DNA of 64,000 bases from Klebsormidium nitens (taxonomy: Eukaryota; Plantae; Klebsormidiophyceae): positions 1-64,000 of the forward strand of contig DF237075.1 of the NCBI GenBank assembly GCA_000708835.1, read 5' to 3'. Of the stretch, positions 11,877-22,746 are shown one piece after another. A program made the translations under genes and the position numbers. The notes below the pieces were generated by a model. That model had not been told where the DNA came from. It did no database searches and saw only the letters and a program-made list of their open reading frames with translations. Numbering within the stretch: position 1 is the stretch's first letter; each line of letters opens with the position of its first letter.

Positions 11877-14800
11877 ATGGGGGACTTAGGTCCCTGGGAT
11901 GTTGCTCGTGGGAGGAGAGCTTACGCCTACGTGCTCTATAGCACCCTTGTCCTTGGCTACTTCGCCTACTGCATTTATATCACTTACAAGGTAAAGCTGC
12001 CCTTGATTGGAGCAAAGCGGACAGGAATGCTGGCTGGAGCTGCTTTCTTGTTGTGAATTGGCAGCTAAAAGTCTTTCTTTAAGCCTACGCATGACGTTGC
12101 AGCTTTTCAACAGCGTCAAAGCGCTATTGAACCAGAGACAAGGACTCGAACAGGAAATGTCAAAGAGCACTCGGATTTTGCCGACAGGAAGCAATTCTAG
12201 CTCAATATCAATACTTAATGCGTGTTGTCGTGACCAAAAGTCCCTTTCAAAAGCTGTAATGCTGCTCTAACACTGACTTTCTGCTTCTTAAAGCCCCATT
12301 TGTATGCGTCAGCAAGAAGTGCTCTAATTCTGGTGAAGCGCCTGCCTACGAGGGCCTACTTTGATGTAGCGTGGAGCGATGAAACAATTTCTCTTCCCTT
12401 TTGCAGGCTTATCATGACCCTAACTCAGTAAGTCTCAGCTATCAAGCTTCGGGCATTTTCTCAGTGCCCCTAGTATCCATCTGCTGGGGGAGTTCGATTC
12501 TAGGGCATACGAAGAATGGCACCTTCGACGCAAGCAACCCAATTGCTGTGCGGTGCGACTCTCCTAACACCACTGCGCTCCGGCTGCAAGACTCGGGCTT
12601 CAGGGATTTCCACCAAGGAGGGGTCCTCTTTGGGGACTCTCGGCAAGTTTCTGCAGAGTTTCAAATAAATCCCAACAGTACATGCAGAATCACTCAAGAC
12701 TTAGCCGGTGAAGCATATTACAAGACTTGTGAGGATATGGGAGACTGTAGCCCGAGTGACCAATGTCTCACCTTCGACACGTCACTAGACTTTGAGGTGG
12801 TCAATCCAGCAAGCACAACTCGCCCCAGTCCAGCGGCAGCAATCTGGATCGAGTACAATGCCAAGGTGAGCCAAGCAGCTACTAGTACTGCCATATGGGG
12901 AACTGTCCAATTCTAAGCAAGAGTCTTTGACGCAGTGTAAGGGCTCTGAAGCAGGGTAAGGAAGAGACATGGTATGTCAATCCCTGCTCGTTCATGCAAT
13001 AATTCCCGTAGCTGGCGACGTGCTTCAGAGTATCTCATCCGATTGAAACCCTTGGCTGCATTGGGCGAGTAAAATCACTCAACACCATTTTGCTCAGGCA
13101 AGTGCTGTTCAGGAGGAATTGATAGGGAAAAGGAAGTACTACGATGCAACCGACAAGCATTAACGCCTTGCTTGGCGAAGAACATCCCGGAAGAGACACC
13201 TAGCGAAGTGGGCCCCTCCTTTAAAAAAATTGGAGCCATTTCACTACGGGTGAATACAAGTCGAGTGTTGAATCTGAGATGTGTTACCCTTCATTTCACT
13301 CCAAAAGGGTCCAGAAAAACTTGCACACCGATGTATCTATGACGAAATGGAGTATCTGACAAAAGCGGGAGTCATTGCAAAGGCAACAAGAAGTACAGTC
13401 TGACGCAGCCGCTTGACACTGTTATGCTTCAGTGGATCCTGAAGCTATACTTTACTTTGCTCTATCATTCTTACCGTGAGCCTCCATTCTTTGACCTGTG
13501 CAGAAGCTTACGCCTCCGGCTGACCCGGACAATCCGTACACTATCAACGCCCTTGGGCTGACGTTTCACTACAGCAAAGAGTCAGAGGCCGTCGGGTCAA
13601 CGACGGTCATGGTTCCGGTCAATGCGTACAACAAGATTACCCTCCTCGTTCAGCAGCAGGAACATGTAAACGGCGACACGGTGAGTTCCAAAAACGAATG
13701 GTGCAGGTCCAAAAAGCCAGCTCCTCACTTCTCGAAGAAATTGGGAGAGGATCCGGAGGGTGACTTCTCCTGCTTTCTCTATCAATTGACGGTAATCCGT
13801 CTTCGCCTTTGCCAAAAACCCGACCATGACCCGGGCGATGGTTCGTAGATACTTTCAGAGGACGGTCATCCGTTACAGCGAGTTGTATGCTCGTTCACGA
13901 TTGCGCCGTTCTTTCTGCAAAGGCTCTATCAGCGCGGGCAATCTGATAAAAACTTGGGTCAGGCGAAACCGTTCACGTTATAAAGGACACATAAGGCGCT
14001 TGCCCACTTCAAACCTCGCCGTCACTGAATGCTTTTATTGTTTTACAGACCATCAGGTTTGAGCCGTCTGTGACATCCTCAGCTCTAGTTGACTTGCGTT
14101 ACAATGGCCTTGGCGACCGTGCGGAGGCCGTTGTTGGTGGGTTCACCAACGACTCGCTGACGTATGTCAAGTTCGACCTTGATCGAAGGTGAGACAGCAA
14201 AAGTGAACGCTTGAGCGCATGCTTACGTTTCCGTCATCTAGCGAATGCGTAACGCACCCACTTGCATAAATACCACAGAATGACTAGTCCCTAGCTGACG
14301 CCCTTCTTGAAGTTCAACGCCCTGTGACGTCTGAATACAATGCCTCGAGACCCCTTATGCAAAGCTTCACCTTATGCAAAGCTTCATCAGTTGGCTGTCT
14401 CAGTGCTCCGCAAGTGAATGCGGAGTCCGCTTTCGTACCACCATAATCTAGAATTGCACCTTCAATATACTCAACGTAAGAAGAAAGTCCACACTGGCTG
14501 CAAGATGGAATCTGTGAAAGTGTCGTCCGGTGACCTCCCCTTCTCCTCAGGTTCAACGACGTCACCAGCACGGCCAGTTTCAGAGCACTCAAGGACCCTG
14601 CGTAACTACTTTCGTCGCCATGTATTCTGGCAGGGGAGTGGAGATCATCGAGGAAACAGCGGCTTTCAGCATCGCCACGCTCGTGTCACAGTATGGTGGT
14701 TTTTGGTCCTACATAGGCCTGATATTCGGGGTCATCTTCGTCGTCAAGGAGACTCAGGAAGCGGACTTAAACGAAATTATTGACAAGGTCCTGAGATTGA

Positions 14801-15036
14801 TCTTTCGCGGGAACCACAACTCGGTGAAGCCTGCCGAGGGACTCAGCAAAACAGTCGCTGTTGCTGCGAGGAAAGTGCTGGTTGGGGCGTTCGTCGAAGG
14901 TCAGGAACTGGTGAACGAGTTAAACGCCCCTAACCAGTTTGCACAGCCACAGAGCGGCTCCAGCAAGTCAACCGGTCCTCGAGCAGAGACGACCCTTGCA
15001 GATATTCGGGCGAACCTGCAAAAGCACCAAGAGTAA
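11877..15036 (+). CDS. Uncharacterised two-TM protein (430 aa) with a Cys-containing ectodomain; candidate DEG/ENaC/ASIC- or PAC-like ion channel; exons 11877-11990, 12407-12865, 13504-13680, 14049-14188, 14634-15036
   Basis: Exons join in frame at GT-AG sites. TM1 is AYAYVLYSTLVLGYFAYCIYITY, followed by ...FSVPLVSIC. The pre-TM2/TM2 region reads VKFDLDRRGVEIIEETAAFSIATLVSQYGGFWSYIGLIFGVIFVV. The loop has 6 Cys and N-glycosylation sequons NGT, NTT, NST, NDS. The gene model is more secure than the family call. Confidence 0.7.
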
Positions 15037-16673
15037 GGGATCACAGAGTTTTGAGAAGCGTCTCAATGGCTCCAGGTCCAGCGCTGGAAACGGGCCCCCT
15101 TGATCAAGAGCAGAGACAATCGAGCTCGCTCGTAGAGAGTGGATTGCGAACGCTCTTTACAAGATCAGCGAGCGAGCGTGGATACACGTCTCATTTTACA
15201 ACCAGAATGATCAGGATGCAGACGGGTTTTCTGGTCTTCTACACGGACAGAGCTTAGGGTTAGAAGTCGATACACTGCACCCTGTGCTGGCGAAACAGCC
15301 TATATGGTGGGCAGCCAGAAGCCGGATACATGTATAGTAGATATACCGAAGTGAAACTTAAAACATTCAAAATTGTCGTGCTGGAGTACGGTTCCTGTAT
15401 GACATTCTTGCCTCCAGCTGTCCATTTCACTCTGATAATAGGGTCCACTATATGCTGCTTTACTATTCCAAATGTAGATCCCTTAAGATAAGATCCACGT
15501 ACGATCAAAAGAGACTACAGGGCTCCTTGCTTGAGTTCTCAAGGGTACAAAAAGGTAACCACGCCTTTGAAGCAAGCCGGCCTAGAAAAACTTCTACCAA
15601 GGTCGCCTTAATGGCCGATGACCGTTACTCATGTGACAACTGCACGCAGTCTCGGTCGGTAAAGTCGACTCGAGCATGATGCAGGCGCAGGAAGATATGC
15701 ACAATTTCTCAAAGGATCAGAAATTCCAAAAGATATCGCGCACGGAACAATCTGCAACGTCATCAAACGAATGTTATACCAACTCTCATCTTGCTTTGAC
15801 AACGGTTACTGCAGGCAGTGAGTGATACAGTGAGACGACTTCGAATGAAAAAATTCCGACCAGAGCGTTTCAGGGGCACTGTCGTACTGCATGAAAACGC
15901 ATGCATGCATACGGGCGCGCATCAAGTACTTGATGCGTGTTATAATGTGTTCGAACGCTGCAGTGCAAGTTCCGTTCTTGTCTTACGAGCCCATAATACC
16001 GTAGCGTGGTTGTAAAAAGGTACAGCACACTAAGGATTGAATCGAACTGATCGTTTGCTCCAGGCGACCAGGCCTCCGCTGGGCGTCCCCGCAAAGAGAG
16101 CCTGGGGCTCGGAGCTGGGCCGCCCTCGCGCGGCCGCCTGCGGAGATCTCCGGGCATTCCGTTCAAGTTCCTTCACTCATGGCAACTTGAAGTTGCGCAC
16201 GGCCGCGGCGCCCACCCGGGTACCCATACCATCGCCCGGCGGCCGCGTGACGGCTAGTAGGTGGCCGTCTAACGCGCGCTGAGCGCGCGCTGCCAGCATG
16301 CTATAGAATGGATGAGTGAAAGTTTGCGCATGCACAATTCAACTTCCAAGCGCAGGATTGCTTGGAGCTCCAGAGAGAGGCGTAATGTGGGGGCTCCTTG
16401 GCCCGCAGGACAATGTGGGAAAGAGCGTACTGCAAGCTCCCAACACGGCAGTTGCCCTTGGTGTTGGGCATGTGCTCGTAGTAGAGCGCTCTGAATGAAG
16501 CTGGCATAACTTGTTGCATGTGGTAGGTGGCTAGGGTGTCTGCAGAAGTTTTTATGTTGTTCAGAGGATGGAGCAACCTGCAGTAGGCTTGGCTGAAGTA
16601 TGAGCACCATTGAAAGGCATGTAACTCTGCGGTTCTGGAGGCAAGTTAGGTGGTGAGCCTAGACTTGGACACA

Positions 16674-19600
16674 ATGGAGCCCCAAAAGCAGCAACAGGGT
16701 GCAGCCGCTCTGACTTCTTCCAGAATTTCATGGTCTGGAATCGCACTGGATACCACCTTCCAGAAGCCCGCCTTGTCAGCTTGGCCCGCAGGAGACTCTC
16801 AAAACGCACTTGAACGATGTGAGCGGCGGCTCGCATCGCTGTCCTCTGCAGCGGCTGGCCTCTGTCCGGAAAAAGCGTGGTCAAAATTGCATTGGGAGAT
16901 TCTGCATTGCAAGACGGGGCGCTTCCAGAGTCCAGCTCTTGCATCTCTGAGCGGTCAATTCTCTTCCCGCCACAGTAACCGGCAGTCACCAGTCAGCCTA
17001 GTCATAAATACATCATCAGAGGGAAGACCAGGTCGTCGCAGGCGCAGCTTAGGCAGCATTGAAACAGATTGGGAGCCAGAAACCCCTCAGTATTCAGCAT
17101 ACGAAACATCAGATGAGCGGATCGAGGAAGCGACAGCTCAGGGCATTGCTGACGGCACTCACGACGGACAGTTTGCATCTGTCGCCCAAGGAGAAAGAGA
17201 AGTTTCAATTGGAGAATCGCCTCTCATAGACTCAAAAAGGGGTCGACTACGTTCCCGACTTGAGCGCCTGGCGGCCACTGTCAAAAACATGGACGTGAAA
17301 AGTGTCGGCCTATTCTTTGGCAAAGTCTTAGCTCTCGCAGTCGTCTACGAAGCAACGAGCATGGGCGGCAAGTCGCACCGCGTGGCCTGGCGGGGCCTGC
17401 AGTGCGCATGCTTGGTGCATGCTTCACCCTGGAAGGTTGGGAGAGTGCCGGGCATCGCTGCAGTTCTGAGGCCGTTCAAGGTAGGTGCTTTCTACACTGT
17501 CTTTGCCGTGCGTAATTTCTGGCCGCTGAAGCTGAGGGTGGCCAGACAGGAGACAGAAAGTAACCAACATCATTCTAGGAGGAGTCATGACCCTTTTCTT
17601 ATCAGTAATTGTATACCTCTGATACGGAATGTCAGCGAGAACATTCATGTTTCAAAAGCTTCTTCCAGTGCAAAGATGTCCACCCAATCCTCAAAAGTGG
17701 CCGTCAGGATGCGTTGTTTCTCTTTAGGTTGGCACACATCTCATACCAGCACGTACCCGCCTTGTGGCGCAATCTCTTTCCTGGTGGCTTAGCGGTTGCT
17801 CAAGATGCACTGATGACCCTTGCACAAGTGCCTTCGATCCTTAAAGTGTTTCGTCATGCTTTGTTGCAGCCATTCACACGACCGATGGTCATGATGAGCA
17901 TCGCAACCCTCTTCTCCGGTGGCGAGGGGCCACCAACTGCTTTGCAGGGCTTACAGAGCGAGGAGTCGGCTCGGATTGCGTGAGAGTCACCTTAGCCCCC
18001 AGTCTCTTTCTTTCTTCCCTCTAGTATTCCCCATGTCGCATCTAGATGAAATAAATGTCTGCATTCACCTCACTGCTGGTGTCAAAGATCCTCTAAGATA
18101 GAGAGGTGGCAATAATCAATTACAAGGATCTTGCTCAGCCTAAGCTTCTCCTGAAACTACTTCACTGCTATGCAGGCACAATGTCCAGACTCATGCGGAG
18201 GGTGACCTGGAACTTCGAGCGCTTGAAGCTCTGAAGGCAGAACTGCAACAGAAGAATATCAACCTTCCCCCAAGGTAGATCATACGACTTCGACTGAGCA
18301 AATGCTGCTTCTTTTTCGGATCCACTATGTGTATGTTTACTTGCTCAAGGCACATAGGAAAAGGCCGCAGCAAAGATAAAGGACTGCTTGTTGCAGGGAA
18401 GCTTCGATAGCAGATATTGAGGATCCGGCACCCTTCAATGGGTTGTTATCTACCTTTTTGGGCTACACGGATGCCACCATTCACCAGACTGTGTTTAGCC
18501 ATGTATGAGCCTATTTGCTCCTTGTTTGCCCCAACTTTTCGGAACCCTGTGTATTTTCCAAAAGGTTCAGTAAAGCCCCCGAAAGAAGGATAATCGACAA
18601 GCTAAGTGCATCGTTATGAAACCGTTTTCTGGGAGCAGTGGCGGTGCCAGCTCCTCATCTGCCGTCTTCTTCCTACCCATCCTAGCAGGAGGATGGCTAA
18701 CACGGCCTGAAAAGATGCTGCCCTTCATTTCCTTAGCCTGCTGTAGCTCACGTGACCATGACATCTGCTCTGGGGAACAGGACACGTTCGTTTACTACTT
18801 CCAGCGCACCAGAAGCAATTGCCGTTTTTTACTCCAGCACACCAGAAGCAATTAGCAAAGTAGTCAAGGGAGACGACGACAGTTTTTCCTATCTTTCAAA
18901 GAGGATCAACGACAGTGAGCTGCGCTACTTTTTGCGATCCAACGCCTACTATCTCCCTGTAAATCAGAGGCTTTTTGTTTTCTCCAGCGCAATTATCAAA
19001 GTTGTGAAAGATGGAACACACTCGATCCTTTCTTCCACAGGATCGACGACAGCGAGCTGCGCTACTTTTTGCGGTCCAACGCCCACTACCTCCCAGTGGT
19101 CATCAAAAAGCTGCAGGACCACCTGCGGTGGCGCCAGTCGCAGGTGTTTCTGACGCAGACGGAGCTCCAAAAGTGGGACCACCTGGTGTTCTGGCACGGC
19201 AACGACGGGGACGGGCGGCCGTGCCTCGTCGTGCGGCTGGGGCAGGCGTACCAGGAGCTTGCGCGGAGCGAGCAGGCGACGTTCGTGAATGTTTTGAGTG
19301 AGGGTTCATTTGAACTTTATGTCCTGTGTTGGAAATGAGTTCTCGGCGGAATTAAGGCACGAAGCGAATTGCAGCGGCGAAGAGGCTGCTTAAATAAACT
19401 GTTCGCGAAGAAGATAGTGTAAGTTGGTGTGCTTGGTTGAGTAGGGAGTCAAGGATGCGGGGGACCCAAAAGCTTTCCCTCGTCCACGCATTGAATATTT
19501 TCACATGAAGTCCCGCAGTTGTCCCTCTCCCGCATCCCTTATTCAATAGAAGATTGGGAGTCGACGCCCAAGATTGTATCACCAAAACTTTCAGCGTGGC

Positions 19601-21262
19601 TTGCGCCATCTTCTTCGCTTCTCGTCCTACAGTCGAAACCGTCTCTATTCATTGGTAAAAATCAGATGCAATCTTTCCTCACCTATTTTGACCTTGAACT
19701 GAGAACGAGGTGCACCAGCGCTTCTTTGAGGCGCCGTCTTGGAGGTGCTCTCTGTATCATCATGCTTCCAGACAGGCCGCTGACAGGGTCTGCCGCTTTG
19801 TACGCGACACCGCTGATGCATGATCTGGTTGTGAGACTTTTGGCTTAAGTTGGACGATGCAATCAGTACGGACAGGACGCTTGCTTGATGGCCCCACCAT
19901 TCGCTGCTGCATGGAGAAGCACGCAGGCAGCAGTCTAGGCCGTATGTTTGCAAAATCCAATCATCCGACCTGGCGAGCTTCAGAATCTTTGTGCAATCGT
20001 TGGCGCCACTTCATCCAACTCTGTCCCAACTGTTTGGTGGGGAACCATTTGCAGAATCTTTCTTTCCCGTGATTGTGGTTCCCATTTCCTGCAGTTTCGC
20101 AGACGGAGCATGGCGCAAGGGAGCTGGTGCACGCGGGCACAGCGGTGGAGGACCTGACGATCATCGTGGACTGCTTCGAGATGCAGCTGCTGTCGCTGCC
20201 CGTCTCGCTCATGAAGGCCGCCGCCGAGACGCTCCAGCGCAACTACCCGCGCAGGCTCGCGCACATGTACCTGCTCAATGTCCCGGGCTTCCTGCGGATA
20301 GTCGCCATGGCCATCCTGTCGGTGAGAAGTTTGGCATGTCCCCTCGCGAGATGTGGGCAAGGCTTCCGTTCCGATTCGTGCAAAGAGTTGGGGGCCGGAA
20401 GTTGGCTTCCTGTGCCGGTTCCGATTGTCAAAAACATTGTCCGACTGATTCCATTTTCAATTGTGACGTCGGTATTGAGAAGCCTTTCACGTTTTCAAAG
20501 CCTCGAAAAGCGAGCTTAACAGCATCCGTTCGTAGGGAGGAACTTGCTCGTCGGGGTTGCAACCGTCCTAGACGGTCTCATGGGACATGTCCAACGCACG
20601 AAAAGACTCGCAACAGCGGTCTGACCTATTTCCTACTTAAATAGTTCTGTCATTCAACTGAACGGGTCTTGTTTGCTGCTGGAAGCACCTGCAGCCGAAT
20701 GCTTTCGCTGTCAGCCTTGCTCCAATACTGCTTCAACCTGTCAAGTTCTTTGTAACTTCTTGCTCAGCATCTATTTAAGTGCCTGCTCTATCTTCAATCC
20801 GCTGGCTAGGTATTGCGGACAGGCGTAGAGGATTTGCGCAACTCCGTGCAGGTATGCGGCCCCATAACCCGGCAAAAGATCCGGGTGCTAGGCGATCATT
20901 TCACGCCCGTTGTCGAGCAGCAGATTGGAGGCCTTCAACGACTGCCACGTGTCCTTGGCGGCCAATGCCAGTGTGCGAAGTGCGACCAAGTGGAGGCAGA
21001 AGTCAGGGCAGCAGCGCAAGCAACACCAAGGCCCCAGCTTAGAGTGCAGGGCCGAGAACCGATTGCGACTCCCGAATCAGTGGGGATGGCGAACTGGGCG
21101 GAAGTGCCTCAGGCAACGGCAGCGGCGTCGCCTGGGGAGTCATGGCGTCAGATTCTTGCAATTATCGGATTGATATTCGTTATGCTAGTTCCGCTCGTCA
21201 TCAAATTGATCACAGCAGACTGGAGGAGTACTCAAGAAGTGGAGACGGAAGTAGTTTCCTGA
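16674..21262 (+). CDS. CRAL-TRIO (Sec14-like) lipid-binding protein with a long N-terminal extension and a C-terminal TM segment; multi-exon, some internal boundaries not fully resolved
   Basis: IDDSELRYFL...KKLQDHLRWR (CRAL-TRIO-N like), VFWHGNDGDGRPCLVVRLG, TIIVDC...ETLQRNYPRRLAHMYLLNVP, GGQCQCAKC, and the terminal hydrophobic stretch ILAIIGLIFVMLVPLVIKLI. Confidence 0.8.
18890..19100 (+). repeat. Duplicated acceptor and exon start in a CRAL-TRIO gene intron
   Basis: AG|GATCAACGACAGTGAGCTGCGCTACTTTTTGCGATCCAACGCC at 18904 versus the true AG|GATCGACGACAGCGAGCTGCGCTACTTTTTGCGGTCCAACGCC at 19041. Confidence 0.9.
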
Positions 21263-22746
21263 AAGTTTAAATGCATGTCGCAGCAGTAACGATTGACCGG
21301 CTGAAATTCTGACTAATGCCACATAGATTCTTACATGTGCTTTTGGAGAAGCTAGATAAGAGTTGGTGATGTGCAAACGTGGTTCTGATCAGAATCCATC
21401 GAGAATTGCTTCGAAGTCTATCGGGACCCGATGTCCGGACAGCACATATCATCAGGATTGGCAAGCAAGATTACCCGAATGAATGCTACGCCCTTAAGTA
21501 GTATGCGAGAGCATCGTACGCATTGAGGTTTTTCTGCGCCATTCTCAAGAGGGAGGAAATGTGAAATGCGTCATGTGCATTTATCGTCTACAACTAATTG
21601 ATTTGAGGAAGCGAAAAGAATTCAATTCTGCACACGCAGTCGCACGTACGTATGGTTGAAAAAGTGTATTAAAGCTCGATGATCGCTTCCAGTCGCCCGG
21701 CCATTACTTGACATGTATATCATGGAGCAAGTCGGCCATCAGGCTAGCTCAAAAGTAGCATATGATATTCGATCATAGTACGTTAGGTAATGTTGCAGTG
21801 CATGTGTGCGGCCACTCTGAATCAGTAGCTCCTCTCATGCATCGCAACAGCATGATCATGATCATGCATCCATTTAAGGGTTGAAAAAGATGTGATGTAC
21901 TTGGTTGAAGCTACCGGACGGTCATACCATGCTGCATATGACGATCAGCACCAGGTATTGGAAGCAAATGAATCGTGCAAACCTTGGCCAACCGATTGGA
22001 CTTAATTTGGAACTAATACAGCGCTTAAAAGTAAGTTGCGGAGGGAGTTCCCAGAACTCAATGGTTGATCTGCACCCTCGATGAGGAACTAACCTTGATT
22101 AACGGTGCAGATGGCCGGTACGGAGATGTTGGATTGGTCAAAAGCCGGCCGGCCGGCTCGGGCCTCTACTCGTTTGAGATCGGATGGAAGCCGTCGATAA
22201 GTATGGAAAAGCGCGAACGTGCGTGAGAGTCTGTCAAAAGTGGTTCACATGGTGTTCACGTGGGCAGGACGTATGCTGACGAGGCAAGTGGGTACGTACG
22301 AAAGCTCTGTAATCGATTGGAGACGCGGCTGCCTTCGACAAATGTCGTCGAAATAGGCACCCATCCAATATGGGTGAGTCAGCTTTCGTCGCCGTAAAGT
22401 CAAGGCAAGGCTGAGTCAGCTCTAAAAGCGCGGAAAACGACCACCTCCAAGAGTCGGACTACAAATGCTGCCTTGCAAGATATCGCTTGCTGGTCATCGA
22501 TTAGTCTTACCTACTTGCCGTCGGTCTTACACCGCGTGCATTCTGACAAGAAGGAAGCTTGGCCAAGTTTATCTGATGAGGTGGTGTCTTGAGATATTTC
22601 ATCGAAGGCAGGACGAATATCACAAGGAATCGTCCATTTAATCCTGTATTGAAGCGCACTCAAGTGGTTGAGTACATCAAAGGCGAGAGTATAGTCTGGG
22701 CAGAAGAGGATACCCACAATCAGGAAGCGGAAGGGGTTCACTAAAA

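Noticed and set aside
14530-14633. N-terminal part of ORF 14530-15036 and the acceptor at 14550
   Set aside because: Phase from the preceding exon (ends AG at 14188) fits the acceptor at 14633. Using 14550 in that phase hits a stop.
15240-15700. Minus-strand stop-interrupted frames that look vaguely like a decayed coding or retroelement fragment
   Set aside because: No diagnostic RT, integrase or transposase motif was visible, so it cannot be supported without a search.
19991-20644. 217-aa ORF overlapping the CRAL-TRIO exon
   Set aside because: It is an alternative frame of a GC-rich exon plus intron read-through, with no independent features.
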